Below are positions 34,826 to 51,506 of a stretch of 64,000 nucleotides of DNA, one piece after another. The notes beneath the pieces were generated by a model, which was not told the origin of the DNA, made no database searches, and saw only the letters and a program-made list of their open reading frames with translations. Origin of the DNA: Vicinamibacteria bacterium (GTDB taxonomy: Bacteria > Acidobacteriota > Vicinamibacteria > Vicinamibacterales > JAENWD01). Numbering within the stretch: the first letter of the stretch is position 1; the number at the start of each line of letters is the position of its first letter. The position numbers and the translations under genes were made by a program. The DNA is taken from assembly GCA_963743245.1 (NCBI GenBank), contig CAVUPP010000011.1, positions 514,473 to 578,472 of the forward strand, written 5' to 3'.

Positions 34826-35077
34826 ATGCGAATGGGTATCGTGTACTGGATCATCGTCGGGCTCATCGCCGGCTGGCTGGCAGGCCAGGTCATGAAGGGC
34901 GGCGGCTACGGCGCCCTCATGGACATCGTCCTCGGTATCCTCGGCGGCATTGTCGGCGGGTGGGTCTTCGGAGCTCTCGGAGTCTGGCCCGGCGGTGGGG
35001 TCGTCGGATCGATCATCGTGGCGTTTATCGGCGCGGTGATCCTCGTGGCCGTGACGCGCGTGCTCAAGCGCGCCTAG
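34826..35077 (+). CDS. GlsB/YeaQ/YmgE family (transglycosylase-associated) stress membrane protein
   Basis: 83 aa: GIVYWIIVGLIAGWLAGQVMKGGGYGALMDIVLGILGGIVGGW.. Probable start at ATG 34832. Confidence 0.85.
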   Translation: MRMGIVYWIIVGLIAGWLAGQVMKGGGYGALMDIVLGILGGIVGGWVFGALGVWPGGGVVGSIIVAFIGAVILVAVTRVLKRA

Positions 35078-35096
35078 CGATCTAATCGTGAGGGAA

Positions 35097-35132
35097 GAGG
35101 CGATGGCGGGTGACCATCGCCTCTTTTTCTTT
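35097..35132 (+). terminator. rho-independent terminator (serves convergent genes)
   Basis: GAGGCGATGG-(7 nt)-CCATCGCCTC followed by TTTTTCTTT. It starts 20 nt after the GlsB stop and ends 6 nt before the stop of the minus-strand gene. Confidence 0.8.
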
Positions 35133-35137
35133 GCCGG

Positions 35138-35866
35138 TCAGTAGCCCCTTGCCGCGGCTTCGTCGCCGACGAACGCGCCGTTCCGGAACGTATTGAGACA
35201 GAGCGGATGGGTGAACGCACTCGCGCCGTCCACACTCGAATACGTGATGTCGTCGGCCAGCATGCCGCCCGGAGGATTCAGGCTCGCGAGATTTCGCACG
35301 CGCTTCGCAATCTCGTGATCCGTGCAGGACGTATCGCCGCTGATCCCTAGACCTCCGATGATTCGGCCGCCGCGATAGAGCGGTACGCCGCCTCCAAAGA
35401 AGATCAGGCCGCCCGCGATGGCAACCGGCGTCGGTGTTCTCGGCGCCGCCAGAAACGCAGGATTGAACACGTTCGACTGGCCAAGGCTCCAGAGCGAGTG
35501 TCCCGGCTGCGTGAACGTGTACAAGCGGGCTGTCGAGAGCGCGAATGTGTCGAGGCTGAACGCATTGGCCGTATAAGCCTTCGCCTTGGCGATGGCCTGG
35601 CTGCCCGGCCACGCCTGCGACGGATCGACGGTGGATGTCGCGGCGGCGCACACGGCACCATCGCGATTGACGACGGCCGCCCACATCTTCTGGCCATGGA
35701 AGAGACCCCCCGCATCACCGCCGCTGGCCGATGCCTGCGAGAGGAACGCTTTCAGAACATACTCCGGCGATCGCGTGGGTGAGCAGTGTAGACCACGACC
35801 GTGATCGCGTCGACAGATCTGTGACTTAAAATTTAATCGCGCCGCCGAGTTACAGATTTGGTACAT
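35138..35866 (-). CDS. GlcG/HbpS-like heme-binding (DUF336) protein
   Basis: ..GGLIFFGGGVPLYRGGRIIGGLGISGDTSCTDHEIA.. is the DUF336 core. Start uncertain: ATG 35866 is chosen; the ORF-track start is 35971. Confidence 0.65.
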   Translation of the reverse strand: MYQICNSAARLNFKSQICRRDHGRGLHCSPTRSPEYVLKAFLSQASASGGDAGGLFHGQKMWAAVVNRDGAVCAAATSTVDPSQAWPGSQAIAKAKAYTANAFSLDTFALSTARLYTFTQPGHSLWSLGQSNVFNPAFLAAPRTPTPVAIAGGLIFFGGGVPLYRGGRIIGGLGISGDTSCTDHEIAKRVRNLASLNPPGGMLADDITYSSVDGASAFTHPLCLNTFRNGAFVGDEAAARGY

Positions 35867-35879
35867 GAAGGGCGCGATG

Positions 35880-36488
35880 TCACCCTGTGGCCGCCGAGAA
35901 CTCGCCCGTTTGGAAGTCCAGAGCGAACACGCGGCCGTCTTCGATGACGTAGTACCAGCCGTGAAGGGCAAGCTCGCCGCGCTCCACGCGCTCGCGGACC
36001 ATCGGGTACGTCATCAGCCGTTCCAGTTGGATGACGATCGATCGCATTTCAGTGCGGCGCAGGACTTCGGGTGAGGCCGGCTCGTCGAGCGCGGCGGGAC
36101 GGGCGAGTCCAAGCCACCGCGCGATGTGCGGCGTGTCTTCGCGCGGTGGTTCATACAACGCGCGGATGGCGCCACAGTGGCTGTGTCCGCACACGACGAT
36201 GTCCTTGACGCCTATCACCACCGTGGCGAACTCGATGCCCGCCGACGTGCCGTGATATCCGATGTCCTGTTCGAATGGCGGCACCAGCGCGCCGATGTTC
36301 CGCACGACGAACAGCTCTCCAGGCAGTGTATCGGTGAGGAGATCCGGAACGACGCGGGAGTCCGCGCAACCGAGGAACAGCGTGTTCGGCTGTTGGCCGT
36401 CTTCGACGAGGCGGGCATAGTGATCGCGGAAGCGCGGAAAGAAGTCGCTGCGAAAGCGGCGGAGCCCGTCGATTAACGTTTTGGTCAT
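35880..36488 (-). CDS. beta-class carbonic anhydrase
   Basis: The last 202 aa of ORF 35880..37424, from ATG 36488: MTKTLIDGLRRFR.., with zinc ligands in LGCADSRV and VCGHSHCGA. Confidence 0.9.
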   Translation of the reverse strand: MTKTLIDGLRRFRSDFFPRFRDHYARLVEDGQQPNTLFLGCADSRVVPDLLTDTLPGELFVVRNIGALVPPFEQDIGYHGTSAGIEFATVVIGVKDIVVCGHSHCGAIRALYEPPREDTPHIARWLGLARPAALDEPASPEVLRRTEMRSIVIQLERLMTYPMVRERVERGELALHGWYYVIEDGRVFALDFQTGEFSAATG

Positions 36489-36605
36489 GAACGCCCGAGT
36501 ATAGACCGTCGCCAGCCGCCGAAGCGCCCTGGAAGGCGCGAGCGCGAAGGGGGAGTTGGCTGTGTAACGCCGGTGGTCTATAGTCACCCGCCGTAAGGAG
36601 GCACT

Positions 36606-36926
36606 ATGGCCAAGTTTCTGATCAGCGCGTCGTACACGGCGGAGGGGACCAAAGGATTGCTGAAGGACGGTGGCTCCGGCCGTCGCGCCGCAGTACAGAA
36701 GGCGCTCGACGCACTCGGCGGGAAACTCGACAGCTTCCACTTCGCGTTCGGCAAGACCGACGCTTATGTCATCTGCGATGTGCCAGACACCGTGAGTGGT
36801 ATTGCGCTCAGCCTCGCGGTGAATGGATCGGGCGTCGTGCACGCGACGACGACGCCGCTCATCACGGTCGAAGAGATGGACGCCGCCTGCAAGAAGTCCA
36901 CGATGTATCGCGCGCCCGGCGCGTGA
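36606..36926 (+). CDS. GYD domain protein
   Basis: 106 aa: MAKFLISASYTAEGTKGLLKDGGSGRRAA..GKLDSFHFAFGKTDAYVICDVPD.. Confidence 0.8.
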   Translation: MAKFLISASYTAEGTKGLLKDGGSGRRAAVQKALDALGGKLDSFHFAFGKTDAYVICDVPDTVSGIALSLAVNGSGVVHATTTPLITVEEMDAACKKSTMYRAPGA

Positions 36927-36928
36927 CC

Positions 36929-36949
36929 GAAGACTGAAGACTGAAGACT
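36929..36949 (+). repeat. heptamer tandem array GAAGACT x3 (complement of the GTCTTC family)
   Basis: GAAGACT GAAGACT GAAGACT, starting 3 nt after the GYD stop and ending 11 nt before the next ATG. Confidence 0.7.
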
Positions 36950-36959
36950 GACTCCTCCC

Positions 36960-38201
36960 ATGCGCACGCATACACGCGCGCTCGGTCTCCTCGTCTGCGC
37001 GGTCGTCGCTCTGGGCGCCGACGTCCAGCGCGCCGATCCCCAGTGGGTGAATCTCTCGAGCACGCGCGGCGACCTGCCCGCGCCGGGCACCTCGACCCAG
37101 CAGACCGGCGCACTCGTCGCCGATCTCGATCGGGACGGCATCACCGACTTCGTCATCAGCTTTCGTGAGGTCGCGCCCGCTCTGGTCTGGTATCGCCGGA
37201 CGGGCACGTCGTGGACACGGATCGTCATCGAGCCGGCGTTTCTGACGGTCGAAGCCGGCGGCGCCGCCTACGACATCGACGGGGATGGGGATCTCGATCT
37301 CGTGTTCGGCGGCGATTGGCAGAGCCGTGAGGTCTGGTGGTGGGAAAATCCGGCGCCGAACTTTGATCCCGCGATCCCATGGAGCCGTCATCTGATCAAG
37401 AGCGATGGCGACACGCAGCATCACGACCAGGTGTTTGGAGACTTCAAGGGCACGGGCCGTCCGCAGCTCGCCTTCTGGAATCAGGGCGCGAAGACGCTGT
37501 TCCTCGCAGACATTCCGGCCCGCCCGCGCGACGCCACGGCGTGGCCGCGCACGGCGATCTTCACCGGATCGGCTGGCGAGACCGGTGATCCCTCAGGGGG
37601 ATTCAAGTATGCAGAAGGGCTGGCCGCCGCCGATGTGGACGGAGATGGCACCGTCGATCTGCTCGCGGGCAACTTCTGGTTCAAGCATCGCGGCGGCGAC
37701 CGCTTCACGCCCATCAAGGTTGGAACGATCGGCGGCCGCATCGCCGCGGGACGCTTCAAGCCAGGCAGGACCCTGCAGATCGTCATCGCACCCGGCGATG
37801 GGAGCGGTCTGTTGAAGATGTACGCGTGCACCGGCAATCCCGAGCGCGAGGCGGACTGGTCAGGCCGCGATCTGATCGGCCGCGACCTCGTCCACGGCCA
37901 CTCGCTCGAAATTGGCGACATCAACCGCGATGGTCATCTCGACATCTTCGCGGCCGAGATGGCGAAGTGGCGCGAGAAGGAGACAGCGCCCGACAACCCG
38001 AAGGCGACGGCCTTCATCCTCTACGGAGACGGGAATGGTGGCTTCCGCGTCACCGAGATGGCGGTCGGACATGGGTTTCACGAATCGCGCCTCGCCGACC
38101 TGGATGGTGATGGCGATCTCGACGTCCTCAACAAGCCCTACAACTGGGACGCGCCGCGGATCGATGTGTGGCTGAACAACGGCACTGGACCAAGGCACTG
38201 A
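36960..38201 (+). CDS. FG-GAP/VCBS repeat protein, secreted
   Basis: 413 aa. Signal peptide, then repeated Ca-binding-like loops DLDRDGITDF, DIDGDGDLDLVFGG, DVDGDGTVDLLAGN, DINRDGHLDIF, DLDGDGDLDVL. Confidence 0.85.
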   Translation: MRTHTRALGLLVCAVVALGADVQRADPQWVNLSSTRGDLPAPGTSTQQTGALVADLDRDGITDFVISFREVAPALVWYRRTGTSWTRIVIEPAFLTVEAGGAAYDIDGDGDLDLVFGGDWQSREVWWWENPAPNFDPAIPWSRHLIKSDGDTQHHDQVFGDFKGTGRPQLAFWNQGAKTLFLADIPARPRDATAWPRTAIFTGSAGETGDPSGGFKYAEGLAAADVDGDGTVDLLAGNFWFKHRGGDRFTPIKVGTIGGRIAAGRFKPGRTLQIVIAPGDGSGLLKMYACTGNPEREADWSGRDLIGRDLVHGHSLEIGDINRDGHLDIFAAEMAKWREKETAPDNPKATAFILYGDGNGGFRVTEMAVGHGFHESRLADLDGDGDLDVLNKPYNWDAPRIDVWLNNGTGPRH

Positions 38202-38211
38202 CGGCTCACGA

Positions 38212-38295
38212 CCTAGGGCTCTAGGCTTTGGGCCTTGGGCCCTGGGCCTTGGGCTTTGGGCGTTGTGCGTTGGAAGTTGGGAGTTGGGAGTTGAC
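38212..38295 (+). repeat. heptamer tandem array, 12 units (consensus NNTTGGG / AGTTGGG)
   Basis: CCTAGGG CTCTAGG CTTTGGG CCTTGGG CCCTGGG CCTTGGG CTTTGGG CGTTGTG CGTTGGA AGTTGGG AGTTGGG AGTTGAC. It starts 11 nt after the stop at 38201. Confidence 0.85.
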
Positions 38296-38297
38296 CG

Positions 38298-38335
38298 AAC
38301 GGGGCATTCGAGCAACAGCCCGAATGCCCCGTTTT
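38298..38335 (+). terminator. rho-independent terminator between convergent genes
   Basis: 13-bp stem AACGGGGCATTCG-(10 nt)-CGAATGCCCCGTT followed by TTTT. It ends 5 nt before the M16 peptidase stop on the other strand. Confidence 0.8.
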
Positions 38336-38339
38336 GAGC

Positions 38340-41153
<2,814 letters not shown>

Positions 41154-41350
41154 CCTTTCGGTATCGCGAACGGCGGCGAATTGTTAATTCTACGACGAAG
41201 CCGAAGGGGGCACCTCGCAAGCCACCACGCCGATTTCGCCGGCCGGGTCGATTCGCGAACGGGATCTATTCGGGCTGCCCGAATAGATCAGCCGCAGATT
41301 TTTCATGATTTTGTCCCAGGCGCGTCACGTCCGGATGGCAATTCATCCCA

Positions 41351-43234
41351 ATGTCACGCGCCCTGTTCAGGCTGTTGGTCCCTGGGACGGCACTCATCGG
41401 CTTACTGGCCAGCCCCCTGGCCTTTTCCTCGACGCAGGGTGTCCCGCGCATGCGGCCGCCCGGCGGCGATGACGGGGGGGCCGCCAAGCGGCGTCACGTC
41501 GGTACGGAACCCGAGGACCGCTCGCCTGGTGTGTTCACCTACCACAACGATTGGGCGCGCACGGGGCAGAACCTGGCGGAAACACGGTTGTCGCCCGCCA
41601 CCGTGAACCCGCGTCAGTTCGGGCGGCTGCGGACCCACCTCGCGCTCGACGGCCTTGTCTACGGACAGCCACTGTACGCGCCCGGCGTCGTCACGCCGAG
41701 TGGTACCTACAACCTTGTCATCGTCGCCACCGAGCACGACTCGGTGTACGCCTTCGATGCTGACGTGGACCTGCATCCCGCACACGCGTCCTCTCCGATC
41801 TGGCAGCAGGCGCTGGTGCCGGAGGGAGCCACGCCGGCACCGAACACCGACAACGTCGGCAGTTCCGGCGTCTGCAACACGGTGGGTACTGAAATCGGCG
41901 TCACGAGCACACCGGTCATCGATCCAGCCACTCGCACGATCTACGTCGTCACGAAGACGAAGGACAGCACAGGGCAGATCGCCTTCGCCCTTCACGCGCT
42001 GGATCTCGGTACGGGCCTGGAGCAGACCTCGATGGGGTCACCGCTCGTCATCGACGGTACCGTCGCCGGCAACGGGATTCCCGACTTCCCTGAAGCCAAC
42101 GGTGCGGTTCGCTTCAACCCGCTCCGCGAAAATCAGCGTGCCGCGCTGGCACTCGTCAACGGCATCGTCTATATCGCGTTTGCGTCGTACTGCGACCAGC
42201 TGCCGTATTACGGGTGGCTCTTCGGGTACGACACGCGGAACCACCTCGCGCAGGCGGTGGTATTCAACACGTCACCAAATGGCCAGTACAGTGGGATTTG
42301 GAATAGCGGCGCGGCACCGGCCATCGACGCCAACGGCACGATGTACCTGCAGGTGGGCAATGGTCCCTACGACCCGGCCGCCGGCAACTGGGGCGACACG
42401 ATCCTGGCGCTGCCCGTGGATCGAGAGACGGTCGTCGATAAAAAGAACTTCAGTGTGCTGGACTACTTCGAGCCGTTCAATCCCCAGTTCCTGCTCGACA
42501 ACGATCTCGACCTGGGGACCGGGGGAACAGTGCTCCTGCCCGACCAACCGGGAGCGCATCGTCACGTGCTGGTCGCAGGCAGCAAGCAGGGACTGCTCTA
42601 TGTCGTCGACCGCGATCAGTTCACGACCGACAACCTGCATCAGTCGATTTGCACCGGCGAAGCGCTGGCGGCTATCGCCGCCGTTCGTCAGAGGGCCGTC
42701 ACGCGTTCCTGGACCGACACCTGCGATCCAGTGATGCAGGTCTTCAAGAACGTCACGGCCGCCGATGCCGACGACCGCCTGCCGGACGTGTTCCACGCCC
42801 ACGGCATCTTCAGCTCGCCGTCGTACTTCAGCGGTCATGTCTACATCGCGGCGGCGGGCGATCACCTGAAGAGGTTCGACGTCGTCGAAGGTGGCCTCGC
42901 CAACGAACCCTCGTCGATCTCGAACATGACCTTCCGTTTCCCGGGGATGACGACGTCGATCAGTGCCAACGGGGACCAGGGCGGGATCGTCTGGGCGGTG
43001 GATTCGGGTGAGAACACGTTTACGCCGGGCGTCCTCTATGCCTTCGACGCCGCCGATCTCTCACACGTCTTGTACAAGAGCAGTGGGAGCATCGATGAGC
43101 AGGCGGCCGGCATCGCTCCGAGCGGCGATACCGACACGATGTCGATTGGCATCCGCTTCGCGATTCCAACGGTCTACGACGGCAAGGTGTTCGTGGTGAC
43201 CCACGGTGAGCTCAACATTTTTAATTTGAAATAG
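41351..43234 (+). CDS. secreted beta-propeller protein (PQQ-like/BamB-like repeats)
   Basis: 627 aa. Signal peptide; ..FTYHNDWARTGQNLAETRL..LDGLVYGQPLY..NLVIVATEHDSVYAFDAD.. and repeated blade-like segments. Confidence 0.65.
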   Translation: MSRALFRLLVPGTALIGLLASPLAFSSTQGVPRMRPPGGDDGGAAKRRHVGTEPEDRSPGVFTYHNDWARTGQNLAETRLSPATVNPRQFGRLRTHLALDGLVYGQPLYAPGVVTPSGTYNLVIVATEHDSVYAFDADVDLHPAHASSPIWQQALVPEGATPAPNTDNVGSSGVCNTVGTEIGVTSTPVIDPATRTIYVVTKTKDSTGQIAFALHALDLGTGLEQTSMGSPLVIDGTVAGNGIPDFPEANGAVRFNPLRENQRAALALVNGIVYIAFASYCDQLPYYGWLFGYDTRNHLAQAVVFNTSPNGQYSGIWNSGAAPAIDANGTMYLQVGNGPYDPAAGNWGDTILALPVDRETVVDKKNFSVLDYFEPFNPQFLLDNDLDLGTGGTVLLPDQPGAHRHVLVAGSKQGLLYVVDRDQFTTDNLHQSICTGEALAAIAAVRQRAVTRSWTDTCDPVMQVFKNVTAADADDRLPDVFHAHGIFSSPSYFSGHVYIAAAGDHLKRFDVVEGGLANEPSSISNMTFRFPGMTTSISANGDQGGIVWAVDSGENTFTPGVLYAFDAADLSHVLYKSSGSIDEQAAGIAPSGDTDTMSIGIRFAIPTVYDGKVFVVTHGELNIFNLK

Positions 43235-43269
43235 ATCAACTCCCAACCTCCAACGTCCAAGTCCCCACG
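43235..43269 (+). repeat. heptamer array (NCCAACN), complement orientation of the TTGGG family, 5 units
   Basis: ATCAACT CCCAACC TCCAACG TCCAAGT CCCCACG, starting at the nucleotide after the TAG stop at 43234. Confidence 0.7.
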
Positions 43270-43405
43270 CAGCAGGCCCACGACACATGGTCCAGGGCAC
43301 CTAGTGCGCCGCGGCCGCGAGCTATCTCCCCGCGCGCCGCGCCGCGTCCGTGGACCCAATCGAAGCCCTGCGCGTCGAATAATTGCCACGGGGGTCGATG
43401 GACCG

Positions 43406-43475
43406 ACTCCAAGGTCAACTCGCAACGTCCAACTTCCGACCAAACTCCAAAGCCGAAAGCCCAGAGCCGAAAGCC
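43406..43475 (+). repeat. heptamer array, 10 units (..CAAC / ..AGCC)
   Basis: ACTCCAA GGTCAAC TCGCAAC GTCCAAC TTCCGAC CAAACTC CAAAGCC GAAAGCC CAGAGCC GAAAGCC. Confidence 0.65.
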
Positions 43476-43489
43476 CGTGCCGGGCTCGC

Positions 43490-43684
43490 CACCATCTTGC
43501 CCCACCTTCCGTCCGCACCTGCCGTCCGCACCTGTCTACCACACCCACTGGCCGCACCTCTCGTCCGCACCCTCCGTCCGCACCTGTCTACCGCACCCAC
43601 TGTCCGCACCTTCCGTCCGCACCCTCCGTCCGCACCTGTCTACCGCACCCACTGACCGCACCTTCCGTCCGCACCTTTTCTTCG
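43490..43684 (+). repeat. 13-nt tandem array (15 units, consensus CACCYNYCGTCCG) with a 52-nt (4 x 13) higher-order repeat
   Basis: Units are read in register from 43503, e.g. CACCTGTCTACCG CACCCACTGTCCG CACCTTCCGTCCG CACCCTCCGTCCG. The word CACCTGTCTACC recurs at 43529, 43581 and 43633 (period 52). The array ends ~50 nt before the kinase start. Confidence 0.85.
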
Positions 43685-43718
43685 CTGTGTGCGGCTACGG
43701 CTCATGAAGTACCGGTAG

Positions 43719-47733
<4,015 letters not shown>

Positions 47734-47860
47734 ACACACGTCCCTCCGGTCCGCGTTTGGTCCCGACCTTCAGCCAAGAACGCTGAACCTCAGCAGCTTG
47801 CATCCCGTATTCTGATGTCAGCTATTGATGGGTGCGCGGCGGGCGCGCTCGACATGAGGA

Positions 47861-50318
47861 TTGAGGGAGTGTCGCGACATGCGCGGATCGAACCTGATCG
47901 ACAACGTGATCCAGGACGCGCGATTTGCCGCGAGGCAGCTGCGCAAGCATCCAGGCTTCACCGCCACAGCCGTACTGATGCTGGCGCTCGGCATCTGCGC
48001 GAGCGTGGCGATCTTCGCGTTTGTCGACGCCGCGCTGGTGAAGCCGCTGCCGTACCAACAACCCTCGAGGCTGGTCGGTGTGTTCGAGAGCGTGCCGCTC
48101 TTCGCGCACAGCAACCTGTCCTATCCGGACTATCTGGACTGGAAGCGCCTCAACACGACCTTCAGCTCCCTTGACGTCTACGATCGCACCGGGTTCATGT
48201 TGCGCAGTGCCAACGGCGCCGAGCCGGCGCGTGGCGCCCGTGTCAGCGATGGATTTTTCCGCACGCTCGGCGTGCGCCCAGTCCTGGGCCGCGATTTTCG
48301 TCCCGGCGAGGATCTACCGTCGGCTGCTCGGACGGTGCTGCTCAGCCACGCCGTGTGGCAGCGTCGCTACGGCGGTCGGCCCGATGTCCTCGGCCAATTC
48401 GTCACCCTCAACGGCTTTGCGTATGTCGTGATCGGCGTGCTTCCCGCCGACTTTCACTTCGCCCCCGCCGAGCCTGCGGATTACTGGGCGGCCCTGCACC
48501 CCGAGAGCGAATGCGACCTGCGGCGAAGTTGCCACGGGTTGTACGGCGTCGCACGCTTGAAGCCTGGCATCTCGCTCGCCGCCGCGGCCGCGAACGTCGA
48601 GGGAATTGCCCACCAGCTCGAGCAGACCTATCCCGATTCCAACAAGGGCCAGGGAGCCTCGGTTGCACCGCTGACCGACGTGATTGTCGGCGACGTACGG
48701 CCTATCCTGCTGGTTTTGCTGGCAGGCGCGGGCCTGCTGTTGTTCATTGCGGCCGTCAACGTAGCCAGTCTGCTGCTGGTCCGATCCGAGAGCCGTCGTC
48801 GCGAGATGGCTATGCGGACCGCCCTGGGTGCGTCGCGCGCGCGACTGATGCGCCAGTTCGTGACCGAGTCACTGATGCTTGTCACGGCCGGCAGCGTCCT
48901 CGGTCTGGCCGCGTCCGTCGTGATGATGCGCCTCCTGACCGGATTGATTCCCGCCGATCTGGCGGCGTCGATGCCCGTCATGCAGGATCTCGGGCTCAAC
49001 CCACGCGTGCTGGCGTTCGCGGCTCTCATTGCTGCGGCGGCTGCGGTGCTCTTTGCGCTGACGCCGGCTGTCCGTGGGTCGATGCGCGACACTAGAGAGG
49101 CGCTGGCCGAAGGCAGCCGCGGCTCTGGCGGTCGCGTGTGGCGGCGGCTCGGGTCGAAGCTGGTCATGCTGGAGCTTGCGACGGCGATGGTGCTGCTCGT
49201 CGGCGCCGGGCTTCTCGGCAAGAGCCTGTTCCTGCTCCTGCAGGTCGACCTCGGTCTGCGCCCCGATCACCTCGTGACGCTGGAAATGGCTGCGCCTCAG
49301 AAGGCCTACGAAACGCCCGAGAGCCGCGTGCAGCTCCAGCGCAGGATTGTGGACCGCCTGCGAATTCTGCCCGGTGTCACGTCGGTTGGATTCTCGACCG
49401 ACCTGCCAACGACCGGCTGGGGTGATACCACGTGGTTCCGGGTGCTCGGCCGGCCGTGGCACGGAGAGCACAACGAAGTGCCCGAGCGCGACGTCAGTGC
49501 CGACTATTTCCGTACCCTGGGCGCGACACTGATCCGCGGTCGCTACTTCACCGAGGCCGACGACGCCTCGGCGCCGCAGGTGGCGGTGATCAACCGTGCG
49601 ATGGCACGCGAGTATTTCCCAGGCGAAGATCCGATTGGCAAACAGATCTCGTTTTTGAGTAATCCGCCCAAGCCGATCGAGATCGTTGGCATCGTGGACG
49701 ATGTCAAGGAAGGACCTATCGATACGCCGAACCGGTCCGTCCTGTATTTCGCGTTCAACCAGTCGCCCGGCACGTATCTCGGGCTCGTCGTCCGGACCTC
49801 GCAGGATGAGGCCGCGCTGTTACCCACTCTGGTCGCTTCTCTCCGTCAAATCGATCCGGACATTGTCACTGTCCGCGGCCAGTCGATGTCGCAGCGGATT
49901 CAGACCTCGCCGGCGGCGTATCTTCATCGCTCCTCGGCCTGGCTCGTGGGTGGGTTCGCTGTGCTGGCCTTGCTGCTCGGAGCCGTGGGTCTCTACGGAG
50001 TGGTTTCGTATTCGGTGAGTCAGCGGACGCGCGAGATCGGCGTCCGTATGGCGCTCGGCGCCGAGCGGCGCTGGGTGTACCAGCTCGTTCTGGGCGAAGC
50101 GGGCCGGTTGGCCTCGGCCGGCATTGTTGGCGGATTGGTCTGTGCTGTGGGCGCCGCAAGGCTGATGAGCGGCCTGCTCTTCGGCGTCAGCTCCTGGGAT
50201 GTGCCGACGCTCGTCGTGGTGGCCCTCGTCCTTGCGGCGTCGGCGCTGTTGGCGAGCTTCATCCCCGGCGCGTCGCGCCGCGTCGATTGATCCCATCGAG
50301 GCGTTGCGCACCGAGTAA
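47861..50318 (+). pseudogene. second ADOP-type duplicated FtsX/MacB-like permease; frame break 50 nt from the 3' end
   Basis: 809-aa ORF (..QDARFAARQLRKHPGFTATAVLMLALGI.., ..YGVVSYSVSQRTREIGVRMALGA..). The canonical C-terminus PARRAASIDPIEALRTE* is read only after removing one C from the C4 run at 50263-50266, which moves the stop from 50290 to 50318. Confidence 0.85.
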
Positions 50319-50324
50319 TGCACG

Positions 50325-51292
50325 CTACGGGTGCCCGATTGCGCGCAGCTGTTCGAGCTGCGCAATGTCAATCGCGCCAATCGGACCCTTTCGCGGGTCC
50401 CAATTGGGACCGACGTCGAAGGTGACCGCGCCCCCTCGCGCCACGACCTGCTTGAACCATGCACGCCAGCGATCGGTCGGGTACGGATGTCGCGCCTGGC
50501 CCACGTGGACCCCAGATACGTCAGCGCATGCCACTGCGATCCGTTCACGAACCGTGATGCGGGAAGTATGGTGAAGGGCTCGTTGAGCTCACCGGCGGTG
50601 TAGTCCTCCGCCCGTGTGTGACGTTTGAGTCCGACGCCCGGATTGAACGTCACGATGGCGTCGCGATTGCCCGCCCGTGCCGCCTCGGCGTAGATCCCGG
50701 CGATGGCTTCGTTGAAGTGCACGCTCTCGTAGCCACCGTCGAACCACCAGCCCGATACCTTCTCGCCGTAACGCGTGGACCACTCTCGGATCACGTCGGC
50801 CCACTGCCGTGCGAAAGCCGTATCGATCGGTTGATCGGCTGCGCCTTCGGGCAGGCCGAAGGCCTTCTGCGCGCGCGCGTCCTCATTCGGTGTCTGGCAG
50901 GGGAGGTAGAGCAGCAGCCGGATGTTGTGCGCCGACAACGCGCGATGAAGCTCGAGCGGCAGGTCGCGCGGGCTGCATCGCTCTCCGTGCCGGTAGCCGG
51001 TGATGCGATCGTACGTCGCGTTCGGCGCGTTGAAGTATCCGGAGTTCTGTCCGAGCGTCACCACGAAGTACTTCACGTGGCCCGCGACCAATTGCTGCGC
51101 GAGGGCTTCGACGTCGAACTCGCCGATCTCCGCCAGCGTGGTGGCGTCCGACGGCAGGACATGCATGAAGGCACCGAACGACGCTGCGTGCAGCCAGTCG
51201 GCGCGCGATACGGGCTGACTGGACTGACCAGTCAGGGGTCCGGTCGCAGCAAGAGCGGCAATCAACGGCAGTAGCTTCCAGCGATCACGCAC
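50325..51292 (-). pseudogene. secreted hypothetical protein (possibly glycoside-hydrolase-like); one frame break
   Basis: Starts at GTG 51292 with AGGAG 8 nt upstream and a signal WKLLPLIAALAATGPLTG. ..HVKYFVVTLGQNSGYFNAPN..KVSGWWFDGGYE.. is in ORF 49820..51376. The true C-terminus ..GQARHPYPTDRWRAWFKQVVARGGAVTFDVGPNWD..LRAIGHP* is in ORF 50325..50534. Break at a G/C3 run at ~50500. Confidence 0.55.
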
Positions 51293-51506
51293 GGCACGCG
51301 CTCCTCTCGATTGAGTCGGCACCACGGTAGCCCTCTGTCGATGATAGCGGGTTGCCCCTCCTTCGATTCCAGGCAACTACTCGATTCGCATTATTGAGTG
51401 CGTGCCCCTGCGCGCCTTAGAGTCTGGCCCTCAACATTTCTGTTCTGCACGTGTGCCGGGCGCTGGCCGCTGTCGAGTCGAGCGCGTGTCCCGGAAGGAG
51501 AGAAGT

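Noticed and set aside
35880-37424. 514-aa ORF as a single large protein
   Set aside because: Only the last 202 codons (from ATG 36488) are a beta-carbonic anhydrase. The upstream 312 codons are antisense to the GYD and FG-GAP genes and look like noise.
43490-43684. CRISPR array
   Set aside because: The units are 13 nt and directly abut each other with no unique spacers, and no cas genes are nearby. It is a minisatellite, not a CRISPR array.
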